This document shows positions 1 to 8,831 of a DNA stretch of 64,000 nucleotides, one piece after another; position 1 is the first letter of the stretch, and every line of letters starts with the position of its first letter. The notes beneath the pieces are model-generated. The model saw only the letters and a program-made list of their open reading frames with translations. It made no database searches and was not told where the DNA came from. A program made the translations under genes and the position numbers. The stretch spans positions 1,184,001-1,248,000 of the forward strand of contig OY762209.1 in the NCBI GenBank assembly GCA_963665295.1, written 5' to 3'. Origin of the DNA: Syntrophorhabdaceae bacterium. GTDB taxonomy: Bacteria > Desulfobacterota > Syntrophorhabdia > Syntrophorhabdales > Syntrophorhabdaceae.

Positions 1-315
1 CATGAATACGCGGGGTTTGCAGTGCCGCTTCACTCTCCAGCATGCAATGCCGGCATAGCGGGAAACCATCTTCACGTCCATGAGGCTCCGCGCCATGTGA
101 TACGCAAGGGGGCTCAACGTGCCCTGTTTCACCTGGTCGAGGATTTCGGCAAGCTCCTGCTCCACCAGGTCCCATGCCTGCCGGTTGGCCCAATTCGCCG
201 GTTCCCATCCGGCGCTCGGAGTGAGCACATATTTCCCGTCCTCGTCAACGGCATAGTTGATGCCGTGCCACCGGCCGTATATGCCTTCGTCCTGGGGTAC
301 GTCCTTCTCTTTCAT
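1..315 (-). CDS. Conserved hypothetical protein (partial, runs off window edge), family recalled from flexirubin/DAR-type clusters
   Basis: Not in the ORF track. Manual translation from ATG 315: MKEKDVPQDEG..YAVDEDGKY..GWEP..SPLAYHM..WRVKRHCKPRVF. ATGA overlap with the upstream gene. Confidence 0.8.
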   Translation of the reverse strand, partial: MKEKDVPQDEGIYGRWHGINYAVDEDGKYVLTPSAGWEPANWANRQAWDLVEQELAEILDQVKQGTLSPLAYHMARSLMDVKMVSRYAGIACWRVKRHCKPRVFM

Positions 316-1169
316 TTCGTCGTTATCCTCCCGAAACCCTTCGGGAATGAATCTGTATCCTCCATCCTCCACGTTTGACCGGCCCCCGACCCCGTTCCTT
401 GGGGATATCCGAGGAGATAGGTAATCGGGACAGGCCCGTGGGGACACTTTATGGTCCCCGCCTCCCATGTGTAATTCTTATGGATGTCTCTCGTCAATTC
501 GCGAAGTTCCGAGGGGGAATAGGTGCGGAGGCAGGATATGAAGGAGTCGTAAAGCTGGGCCACCGGGGCAATGGGGATCAAATAGGTCCACATCAGCCTC
601 GACCACCGGAAAGGCCGGAGAAAGGGTACGCAAAACGGCATGATCAGGGAGATGACCATGAAAATAAACATGGTTCGGAAGGTCCGCTCCGTTATCTCGA
701 AAATGGCGATCCCCTGTTGACAATTCACCGCATCCCGGAGGATGGCGCGGGCTTCGGGGGGCTGAAAATGATGAAACGCCGCGCAAAGGGTCCTGAAGCC
801 GTTCAGGGCCTTGGGCACGTGTGCGGCGTCGACGGGCTCCGGAGAAAAGCCGAGCTTGCCCTCGGAATGGTCACAGGCGTACCGGAGGGCGGGGATGTTC
901 GGGTACTTGTCCGTGAGGCACACCTTGACGGGCGGCCTTGTGTCTTCGAAAGCCTTGACCATGCCGAGCCACGGCCCCCCGCTCCCTGAACACAGGTCGA
1001 CGACCTGATGCACCCCGAGACGGTCGAGGGCCTCTCTGAGGAGGGACGCTATGGCAATATCGGATTTCCACATGGTTACGCCGAATTGTATATAGTCCGT
1101 AACAGCCCCGCGAAGAGACTGGGGGCACCACTTTTTGTCGGTAATCTCGAAGAGGTGTAATCTGCGCAT
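312..1169 (-). CDS. Class I SAM-dependent methyltransferase
   Basis: VVDLCSGSGGP motif I, LTDKYP, AFHHF. Start re-assigned to ATG 1169 (TGATG coupling). Confidence 0.8.
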   Translation of the reverse strand: MRRLHLFEITDKKWCPQSLRGAVTDYIQFGVTMWKSDIAIASLLREALDRLGVHQVVDLCSGSGGPWLGMVKAFEDTRPPVKVCLTDKYPNIPALRYACDHSEGKLGFSPEPVDAAHVPKALNGFRTLCAAFHHFQPPEARAILRDAVNCQQGIAIFEITERTFRTMFIFMVISLIMPFCVPFLRPFRWSRLMWTYLIPIAPVAQLYDSFISCLRTYSPSELRELTRDIHKNYTWEAGTIKCPHGPVPITYLLGYPQGTGSGAGQTWRMEDTDSFPKGFGRITTK

Positions 1170-1765
1170 CAAAAGAAACGGCCTAATGTCAATGTGACGG
1201 AGTTGATGCCCGTATTGTCGTGGTTGAGTCCGCCGTTCGAGATATGGTGGAGCCTGAGACCGGCGAGGCACGTGGTGTCGGAACCCACCGTGAACTCGGT
1301 GCCGATACCTACCTGGGGGTTGAAATTGACCCGAAGCCCCTGCCCATCGACCTGAAAATCGGTATAGATCAGACCGATCCCTCCTTCGACGTAGGGCCGA
1401 AAGGTTTTGAATGCAAGCCTCTTGAGATAGTAGAGGGCAAATATGTTCGCCGAGGTCATGAGCTTCCTGTCGGGTCTCGTGGTGGTCCCGACGCTGGTCT
1501 CCACCTTGAACCGGAGCGGTTCAGGGGCCTTGTGACCCCAGACCGATTCGTAATCAAAGAGGGCGAAACCCGAGAGGAGCACAAAGGATATATCGTTTTC
1601 AGGGGTATAGCTGTTGCCCCCGGTTACGGCCATGCCGTAGCGGGTGGGCACATGCTTCGCTGCGGCATCTTCGGCCCGGACCTTTCCCGGAAGGAACGCC
1701 CCGGAAGAGAAGAACACCGCGCACATGAGAATGAGAATAATCCCGTCCTTCCTCAACACTGTCAT
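1169..1765 (-). CDS. PagL-like outer-membrane lipid deacylase (acyloxyacyl hydrolase family)
   Basis: Signal peptide; PYVEGGIG; FNPQVGIG; HHISNGG..NTGIN catalytic-type motif; C-terminal Phe. GGAG precedes ATG 1765. Confidence 0.8.
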   Translation of the reverse strand: MTVLRKDGIILILMCAVFFSSGAFLPGKVRAEDAAAKHVPTRYGMAVTGGNSYTPENDISFVLLSGFALFDYESVWGHKAPEPLRFKVETSVGTTTRPDRKLMTSANIFALYYLKRLAFKTFRPYVEGGIGLIYTDFQVDGQGLRVNFNPQVGIGTEFTVGSDTTCLAGLRLHHISNGGLNHDNTGINSVTLTLGRFF

Positions 1766-1772
1766 CACTCCT

Positions 1773-2876
1773 TTACGCGGCCCTCGGGGCAAGGGTGATC
1801 ATCCCCGTATCCGTTCCTCTGCCGAGTTTGAGGCAGCATATGGAATGTGCGCGAAGGTCCCGGGGGAGCGTGGAAATATTCATGAGGGGCGGAAGGGTGA
1901 TCCCGGCCGGAGGGGCATACAGCGTTCCCTCCCTGATGGATGCACATGCCGCCGCCATGTCGAAGGCCATATTTGTGGGAAAACTCCCGTAGACGGGCGC
2001 GTAGGACGTTACCTTCATCTCGTCCGTGATCAATTGTTTGTACCGCGAACCGGATTGGGCGTTTCCATCGGCCCCGAGGATAAACAGGGTTTGATCCGGC
2101 CGGGGAAGGGGGGCGCTGTCCCGGTATTCCGTAAGGGCCCCTGTGACACGACCGTAATCGTTCCCTGACCCGCCTGTGCGGGAAAGGAGAAAGAAGGCGG
2201 CCCCTTCCCCGATAACCGCCGTCTGCCGGTCGAAGAGGAAGGGTTCGGTCCCGGCATCGGACCGGTTCGGTCCGAAGAAACGATGCCAACAATATGCCCA
2301 CACGTCACAGTACTCGTCCACCGCGCCGAAGAGCACCCTTTCCACCCTTCCTTCCTGCAGCCAGTGAAGGGCGGTAATAAGCGCGGAGGGAACGGACATC
2401 TCGAACTGGCTCACCGTGAGGCACGGACCGGTTGCGCCGAGGAAGATGGAGACGTGCGCCGCAGCGGCATTGTGGACCGAGTTCGAAAAATGGGTGGGAG
2501 AGGAGTACGCGTCGTTGCCGTTGATAAACGAATCGAGAAAAGCAAAGGTCGTGGCGCCCGCGCCATATCCGCTCGCCACGACGATGCCGAGGCCCTTGCG
2601 GTCGATATCGAGCATTTGGGCGTCTTCCAGGGCGAGGTATGATGCGAGGACAGCCATTTTTGCATGATGGTCTATCCTTCGCAACGCCTTCTTCGGAACA
2701 TATATATCGAGACGCGCCGTGTCCGCGAGAAAGGCGGGCATTTCCCCGGTCCCTTCCCCTGTGTGAAAAGAAACGGACCGCACCCGCCTTGTTCCATGGG
2801 CGAGGGCTGCCGAGAATTCCTTAATGTCTGCGCCGAACCCCCCGACAATACCGATCCCTTCGACAAAAGCTTCCAT
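1773..2876 (-). CDS. Ketosynthase-like chain length factor (non-catalytic)
   Basis: KS N-terminal motifs (SPTHFSNSVHNAAA); catalytic Cys position reads TVSQFEMS; no HGT motif. Confidence 0.8.
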   Translation of the reverse strand: MEAFVEGIGIVGGFGADIKEFSAALAHGTRRVRSVSFHTGEGTGEMPAFLADTARLDIYVPKKALRRIDHHAKMAVLASYLALEDAQMLDIDRKGLGIVVASGYGAGATTFAFLDSFINGNDAYSSPTHFSNSVHNAAAAHVSIFLGATGPCLTVSQFEMSVPSALITALHWLQEGRVERVLFGAVDEYCDVWAYCWHRFFGPNRSDAGTEPFLFDRQTAVIGEGAAFFLLSRTGGSGNDYGRVTGALTEYRDSAPLPRPDQTLFILGADGNAQSGSRYKQLITDEMKVTSYAPVYGSFPTNMAFDMAAACASIREGTLYAPPAGITLPPLMNISTLPRDLRAHSICCLKLGRGTDTGMITLAPRAA

Positions 2877-2878
2877 AT

Positions 2879-4078
2879 TCAGTCCTCCCTCCTGCCCAGC
2901 ACCAGGACCCCGTTGCACCCGCCGAAGGCGAGAGATTGGGAGACGGCAGTGCCGCCTGTGATGGTAGTTGCGGCCGCTGACGGGGATACGGCCATCTCGG
3001 GATCGAGGTTCGCGAAGCCCGCATTGCCGGGTATCATGCCCTTTTCAAGGCACGCCACCGTAAAGGCAGCCTCGATGGCCCCGGCTGCTCCCAGGGTATG
3101 TCCCGTGTAGCCTTTTGTGGAGAAGAAGGGGACGCCGGGGAGTGTTTCTTTAAGCACCTTGCCCTCGATGCGGTCATTGTCGGGTGTCGCGGTGCCGTGG
3201 GCATTTACAAAGGCGATATCCGACGCTTCCCTGCGGGAGAGTCTGAGCGCTTCGAGAAGGGCCCGCTTCAATCCCTCGCCCTGAGGGTGGGGTGCGGTAA
3301 GGTGGTGGGCGTCGCTTGACGACGCATAGCCGAGAAAACGCGCCCGGGGGAGCCTTTCCCTTTTCCCGCACGAGTTTTCCGGCTCCAGTATGAGCACGGC
3401 TGCGCCCTCTCCCAGGTTAAGCCCTTTTCTGTCCCGGTCAAAGGGCTTGCAGGGGGTGTCATCGGTGATCATGAGGGAGATAAAGCCGTTATACGTTACA
3501 TGACAAAGCTCATCGGCTCCCCCTGCAATAACGATATCGCAGAGGCCCGATTGAATCCACGATGCCCCTATGCCCACGGCATCGGTGCCGGAGGAGCACG
3601 CGTTCACCACTGTCTGGCACGGCCCCGTAAGCTCGAACTCCCGGGCAATCAGGTCGGCGGGATTGCTCGTGATGAAGCGGGCAATGGGCGCCATATCGGG
3701 GCTACCCCCTTGGAGAAACTCTCCATAGAACATCTCGTTGTTCATTGCCACGCCCACCGTCGTGCCCAGGCACACCCCCACTTTTTTCCCCTTGAGGGCA
3801 ATGCGGTCGAGGCCTGCGTCGCTTATTGCCTCGTAAGCGGCGGCGAGGGCGAGCTTGCCCGTGAGGGAGATCTTCGTAGAGGCCATGATATGACCGGGGA
3901 TTGCGGCTTCAGGCACCTCGAACACAGGATAGGAGACGGGGTGGGTGCTTTGGAACCTCGTGGGCGGCGCAGGACTTCGCGTGCCCCTGAACAGGGAATT
4001 CATGCATTCCCCGAGCGTCCCTCCGGCTCCCGAGAGGCAACCCGCTCCGGTTATGTCGACAGGGACGGTTTTGTTCAC
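2879..4078 (-). CDS. Beta-ketoacyl-ACP synthase (FabF-like)
   Basis: NACSSG, NAHGT, KGYTGHTLGA, AFGG. GTG start overlaps the ACP stop. Confidence 0.92.
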   Translation of the reverse strand: MNKTVPVDITGAGCLSGAGGTLGECMNSLFRGTRSPAPPTRFQSTHPVSYPVFEVPEAAIPGHIMASTKISLTGKLALAAAYEAISDAGLDRIALKGKKVGVCLGTTVGVAMNNEMFYGEFLQGGSPDMAPIARFITSNPADLIAREFELTGPCQTVVNACSSGTDAVGIGASWIQSGLCDIVIAGGADELCHVTYNGFISLMITDDTPCKPFDRDRKGLNLGEGAAVLILEPENSCGKRERLPRARFLGYASSSDAHHLTAPHPQGEGLKRALLEALRLSRREASDIAFVNAHGTATPDNDRIEGKVLKETLPGVPFFSTKGYTGHTLGAAGAIEAAFTVACLEKGMIPGNAGFANLDPEMAVSPSAAATTITGGTAVSQSLAFGGCNGVLVLGRRED

Positions 4079-4329
4079 AGGGCTCTCCTTTCCTCGACAA
4101 AGGCGGCAAGGGTGTTGATGCATTGAAAGGCCTCACGCCCCTCGTCGATGTTTTTGACGGCGATCCCGAAATGTTTCTCAAGGAGGACGACCAGTTCCAC
4201 GGCGTCCAGGGAATCGAGACCGAGACCCTCCCCGAAAAGGGGTGTATCGTCTTCGATCTCTTCGGGTGTAACATCCTCCAGGTTAAGCTCTTCCACAAGA
4301 ATCTTCTTCAGTTGTTCCTTGATAGTCAT
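4075..4329 (-). CDS. Acyl carrier protein (aryl-polyene-type)
   Basis: PLFGEGLGLDSLDAVEL phosphopantetheine motif; acidic, 84 aa. Confidence 0.92.
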   Translation of the reverse strand: MTIKEQLKKILVEELNLEDVTPEEIEDDTPLFGEGLGLDSLDAVELVVLLEKHFGIAVKNIDEGREAFQCINTLAAFVEERRAL

Positions 4330-4349
4330 CAAACTTCCCTCTCCTTTCA

Positions 4350-5294
4350 TCAATGGTCGGCGTTATCGAGCCTCCACATGTCGTAAAAATTATAGAACTG
4401 GTAGGGGTGTTCAGTTGTATAGGATTCAAGGGCCCGTGCGAACTGACCGACATAGGGGAGAAAATCCCTATTGCTCTTTCCTGCGTCGTGGGGTACGCGG
4501 ATCACCTTCGCAACCTCCAGGGTGTAGGTGGAGGGGCCCGACTTGTGGGAAAAGAAGACCACCACGGGCGCCCCTGTTGCCGAGGCTATCTTGAAGGCGC
4601 TGAAAGGGAAGAGAACCTTCCCTCCAAGGAAATCTACGGCGGCGGCCCCTTTCGAACTGCCGAAAAGCCTGTCTCCCATCACACAGAGGACCTCACCCCT
4701 CTTAAGCAGGCCCATCATCTCCAAAACGCCGCCCATGTAGCCCCTCGGGTCGATTATACCGTAAGGGCACGGAATCCCCGCGTGTTCAAAGTAGTGAAGG
4801 TCAATATCGCCCTCCTCGCGCTGCAGGAGGAGATGGACAGGCGCGTTGAGGAACCGCAGGGCCGACATGGCGGCCTGCCAGCATCCCACGTGGGCCGTCA
4901 TGAGGATCATGCCTTTGCCTTCGCGCATAATGTCGAATATCTCGTTCCTTTGTGCGAATTCCACGGTCATCTTCTCTTCGCCCAGGATGCCGGTCACTGC
5001 CCGGTCTATGAGCGCCTTCCCAAGGCTGAGAAATATGCGGTAACTGTCTCCGAGCCTTCCCGCCGTTCCCTTCCCCCTGAACCTCCGGGAGAGGTAATAG
5101 TCCGCCTTTCTTCGTATTGACGGCGCCAGGAAGACATAGAAGAGCACGACAAAGGAAAGAACGAAATATGCAAATCTTCGTCCCGCATACCTGATGAGGA
5201 GATAGAAGAACGTGTGGCCGAAGTGCGAACCGATGCTGCGGCTTGTCCATTGCCCTTCTCCCGCAGGGGTCGGTCCGGGGTCAGTCGTTTCCAT
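4350..5294 (-). CDS. LpxL/HtrB-like lipid acyltransferase
   Basis: N-terminal membrane anchor; TAHVGCWQ; VMGDR; VDFLG; HPYQFYNFYDMW C-terminus. Confidence 0.82.
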   Translation of the reverse strand: METTDPGPTPAGEGQWTSRSIGSHFGHTFFYLLIRYAGRRFAYFVLSFVVLFYVFLAPSIRRKADYYLSRRFRGKGTAGRLGDSYRIFLSLGKALIDRAVTGILGEEKMTVEFAQRNEIFDIMREGKGMILMTAHVGCWQAAMSALRFLNAPVHLLLQREEGDIDLHYFEHAGIPCPYGIIDPRGYMGGVLEMMGLLKRGEVLCVMGDRLFGSSKGAAAVDFLGGKVLFPFSAFKIASATGAPVVVFFSHKSGPSTYTLEVAKVIRVPHDAGKSNRDFLPYVGQFARALESYTTEHPYQFYNFYDMWRLDNADH

Positions 5295-6465
5295 GGGTTT
5301 CCCTTTTGAGGCATAGGGCGGTTACGTAAATGGCGGCTGCAGTAAGGATACCTATCACGGGTCCGAGAATGAGAGAGCCGAGGAACCACTCGAAAATCCT
5401 CTCAAGGGCCTGATACCCGAGGGTCTCCAAGGAGACTTCGGTGAGGAACCTGCCGTGGCGCATAAAGTATCCCGCTTCAATGCAGAGCGCGGGGACCAGC
5501 GGGGGTATGCAGATCTGGCCCGCGGCAAGGGCCATCAATTTGTTCAACCGGAAATAGTTCGCCGCGAAGAGGGTAGTGATGCTCTGGCACGCAATGAGGG
5601 GCAACGCTCCGATGAATACGCCGAGTCCCCCTGCCACGGCAAGCCTTTCCGGCGAGTTATTCCCTGTGAGCAGCAACCTAAGGGACTTGAGAGGCCTGAG
5701 GAGGGTGACCTTTTCCGTCTCCTTCCTTCCTGTCCTGAACCTTTTGTGCGGGTAAGGAGTAAGGGCCCTCAGGGTGAGCCTTGTATTGAGGATGCTGAGG
5801 CGGAGATTGTCCATAAAGAGACGGAAGTGGGACACACGCAGGGAAGAGGGGGGATAATATACGGATATATCGACCTCTTTCAGGATCACTCCCGCCCACA
5901 CGGCCTTCACGAGAACCTCCACCTCGAAGTCGTAGTGCCGCTCCCTCAGTTTCAGCCATTCAAGGAGGGCAAGGGGATAGGCGCGAAAGCCGCTCTGGGT
6001 ATCTTTCAGCTTATATCCCGTCTGGACCCTCAGCCAGAAGTTGGAGAAGGCCCGGCCGAACCGGGAAAGAAGGGGGGTGGTGGCCGAATCGAATGCCCGG
6101 GTGCCCACGATGATCGCATCGGGGTCTTCGTCGATCAAAGGGAGAAACCGGGGGTAGTCGGCGGGGTCATGCTGGCCGTCCGCGTCGATGGTCACTATGT
6201 GGGTTGCCCCTCTTGTGCGCGCTTCGTGGGCGGCGGTGATGATCGCGGCGCCCTTGCCCCTGTTCAGGGGGTGCCTTATTTCCGTTACGGGGAGTCCTGC
6301 GAGGGTCTCTGCGCCGCCGTCGGTGCTCCCGTCGTCAACAACTATCACATTATCGTTCACCGCGAGGGCCCGGACCACCACGTCCCTCAGAGTCTTCCCG
6401 TGGTTGTACACCGGGATGACAAGGAAGACCTTCGGCATTTCAGGGCTCTTTTTCTCCAAATTCAT
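5281..6465 (-). CDS. Glycosyltransferase family 2 fused to DUF2062-like membrane domain
   Basis: VIPVYN, VVDDGSTD, NRGKG, DADGQH, DTQSGFR; hydrophobic C-terminal domain. Confidence 0.88.
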   Translation of the reverse strand: MNLEKKSPEMPKVFLVIPVYNHGKTLRDVVVRALAVNDNVIVVDDGSTDGGAETLAGLPVTEIRHPLNRGKGAAIITAAHEARTRGATHIVTIDADGQHDPADYPRFLPLIDEDPDAIIVGTRAFDSATTPLLSRFGRAFSNFWLRVQTGYKLKDTQSGFRAYPLALLEWLKLRERHYDFEVEVLVKAVWAGVILKEVDISVYYPPSSLRVSHFRLFMDNLRLSILNTRLTLRALTPYPHKRFRTGRKETEKVTLLRPLKSLRLLLTGNNSPERLAVAGGLGVFIGALPLIACQSITTLFAANYFRLNKLMALAAGQICIPPLVPALCIEAGYFMRHGRFLTEVSLETLGYQALERIFEWFLGSLILGPVIGILTAAAIYVTALCLKRETHGND

Positions 6466-6474
6466 GGGCAGTCA

Positions 6475-7389
6475 TCATTCCTGGCGCGTAAGGAACTCAA
6501 GGATCTTTCTGTTTACCGTCTCCGGCTGCTCCACCGTAAGGCCATGACCGGCGTGGGGAATAATCTCCGTATCCATACGGGGCGCCACCCTGTTGAGACG
6601 CAGAACAGCCTTCCGGGCCGGATAGATCCTGTCGTTTTCACCGATCAGACAGAGCACGGGTATCCCGATGCTCCCCAATTCCTCGTCCGTGAGGACGGTC
6701 GGCCGCACAAAAGGCTTACGTGTGAAGCATTGCGAAGCGACGAACATGTCGTCCGCCGCATTCGTGAGCGCCGCCCGGTCGGCCGCGCCTCCGCGGGCGA
6801 GGTCGGCGAAGGCCCATCGCATGAAGCTCCTGGTAAAGGTGCGGCAGGGTAGTGTGGTGAGGACCGCCCGGAACATAAAGGCGACCCCCATGGGCAGCAC
6901 CGTGCACGCGGGTGCAAGGAGCACTGTCTTCGCAAGTCTGTGGGGAAAACGGAGGGTGTAGAGACATGCCAGCCAGCCCCCATAGGAGAGACCCATAAGA
7001 TTGATCGCGTCTTTGAGTTCAAGGACGCGAAACAGCTCGTCAAGCCAGCGCACAAAATCATCGGCGCCTTTGACGGCGCGGGTGTATACGCTTCGCCCGT
7101 AGTCATAGATGTTATCCACCGCATAGGTTCTGAAGGGCCCTGACAGGGCCTTTATGTTCGGGACCCACATGAGCGACGTGCTTCCTGCCCCGGGCAGCAA
7201 TACCAGGGGCGGCCCATGGGCAGGCCCGCTCACGCGTACGAATGTGGGGCCGTAAGACGTGTCCGCCGTTACAGCCTCGGAAGCGACGGGCCACTGTTTC
7301 GCCCTCCTCTCATAGAGGTCGAGGTACCGCTCTTTCGCCTGCGCCGACCGAAAAGGGTGATACGGGGGCAAGGGCCTTGCTTCAGCCAT
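6475..7389 (-). CDS. Alpha/beta hydrolase
   Basis: GLSYGG nucleophile elbow, GENDRI, AGHG. Confidence 0.88.
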   Translation of the reverse strand: MAEARPLPPYHPFRSAQAKERYLDLYERRAKQWPVASEAVTADTSYGPTFVRVSGPAHGPPLVLLPGAGSTSLMWVPNIKALSGPFRTYAVDNIYDYGRSVYTRAVKGADDFVRWLDELFRVLELKDAINLMGLSYGGWLACLYTLRFPHRLAKTVLLAPACTVLPMGVAFMFRAVLTTLPCRTFTRSFMRWAFADLARGGAADRAALTNAADDMFVASQCFTRKPFVRPTVLTDEELGSIGIPVLCLIGENDRIYPARKAVLRLNRVAPRMDTEIIPHAGHGLTVEQPETVNRKILEFLTRQE

Positions 7390-8827
7390 GCCGCTTGTCG
7401 GTCCATGCGAATTTCAGGAACGCCATGAGATGGGAGACGAACCGTATCCAGCTATCGGGTGAGCGCCATATCATGGTGAAATAATGCCAGATCCCCTTGG
7501 GCCTCAAGATGTGCTTCCGGTAGAACAGGGTGAAGAGCTTTTCCAGCTTCTCCCGTGTCATTCCCGCGGGTATGAACTGAAAATGCATGCAGTCCATCTT
7601 CTCCCAGTCCTCGTCAAAGGCCCCATAGTCCCCTATGTTCTTATAGAGGGCGGACCCGGGAAAGGGTGTGAATTTCGATACGTTGATATAATCGATGGGG
7701 AGGGAAAAGACATAGTCCATGCTCTTCTTCACGCTTTCCTGCGTCTCCCCGGGTAATCCCATCATCATGAGCCCCTTGACCAGAATCCCCGCTTTCTTGA
7801 TGAGCCTCACCTTGTCCGCCACAAGGTCGAGTTTGACATTATTCCGATGCTGGGAAAGGAGTTCTTCATCTCCATTCTCGATGCCCAGGCTGATCATCCA
7901 GCACCCTGCGGCCTTGAGCCGTTCCAGGAGGTCAAGGTCGATATGGTCCGCCCTCACGGCACAGTTAAAGGTCATTCCCGGGGGATGGTCGATCATCATG
8001 CGGGTAAAAGCCTCCACCCTCTTCCGGTGAAAGGTGAACTGGTCGTCGTAAAGGTTGACGTGCCGTATCCCGAAGCGCCCTTTCAGGTACCGCAGGTGCT
8101 CATAGAGATACTCCGCCGAGTTGTACCGGTAGCCTGCGGGAAAGACCGACCTGTCGCAATAGGTGCACCGATACGGGCAGCCGCGGCTCGAAGTGCAACT
8201 GGAGTTGGGGGTGTGGGGGTAGTTGAAGATGGGAAGCCTGTATGTCTCCGGATAGCCGTCGAGTTCTTCATATGCAGGAAAGGGGAGGGTGTCGAGGTCA
8301 AGAAGGGGGGAACGGTAGCCCGTAAAGCGGACATCGCCCGAAGCCTCCCTGTAAAGCAGGCCCCCGATTGAAGAAACCCCTTCTCCTTCGGCCTGAATGA
8401 GTTCCGTCATGGTCATTTCTCCTTCGCCCACAACGGCAAAGTCGATGACAGGGAACGAGTCGAGGGCCTCTTCCTTCAGGGCCGACACATGGTGGCCTCC
8501 GAATACCGTTTTTATCCCGGGCAGAACGTTCTTCGCCCTCTCCGCGATGCGGAGTCCGTCACGGAAGTTCGCGGTGGCACAACTGAATCCGATGAAGGCG
8601 GGCCTCGCGTCTCTCAGGTATTCATCAATAAGGTGACCCGAATGCGGCTTGGCGTAGCAATCCATGATCTTCCCTTCGATCCCTCTTTCTTTCAAATAGG
8701 AAGCGATGCTCGCAAGCCCCAGGGGGGGCATGATGTTGGCCATCCTTGAAATATCTCCGCCTGCGGCGTCGGTGTGATAGCCGAGGGGATGGATAAGAAG
8801 CACTTTCTTGAAGTCGAGAACGGTCAT
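7382..8827 (-). CDS. B12-binding radical SAM enzyme
   Basis: MPPLGLASIA..GGHHVS N-terminal domain; SRGCPYRCTYC; LGIENG. Start set at ATG 8827. Confidence 0.9.
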   Translation of the reverse strand: MTVLDFKKVLLIHPLGYHTDAAGGDISRMANIMPPLGLASIASYLKERGIEGKIMDCYAKPHSGHLIDEYLRDARPAFIGFSCATANFRDGLRIAERAKNVLPGIKTVFGGHHVSALKEEALDSFPVIDFAVVGEGEMTMTELIQAEGEGVSSIGGLLYREASGDVRFTGYRSPLLDLDTLPFPAYEELDGYPETYRLPIFNYPHTPNSSCTSSRGCPYRCTYCDRSVFPAGYRYNSAEYLYEHLRYLKGRFGIRHVNLYDDQFTFHRKRVEAFTRMMIDHPPGMTFNCAVRADHIDLDLLERLKAAGCWMISLGIENGDEELLSQHRNNVKLDLVADKVRLIKKAGILVKGLMMMGLPGETQESVKKSMDYVFSLPIDYINVSKFTPFPGSALYKNIGDYGAFDEDWEKMDCMHFQFIPAGMTREKLEKLFTLFYRKHILRPKGIWHYFTMIWRSPDSWIRFVSHLMAFLKFAWTDKRHG

Positions 8828-8831
8828 GATG

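Noticed and set aside
100..120. Possible frameshift at the G5 run in the left-edge gene
   Set aside because: Recounting gives five G, which keeps the frame (SPLAYHM).
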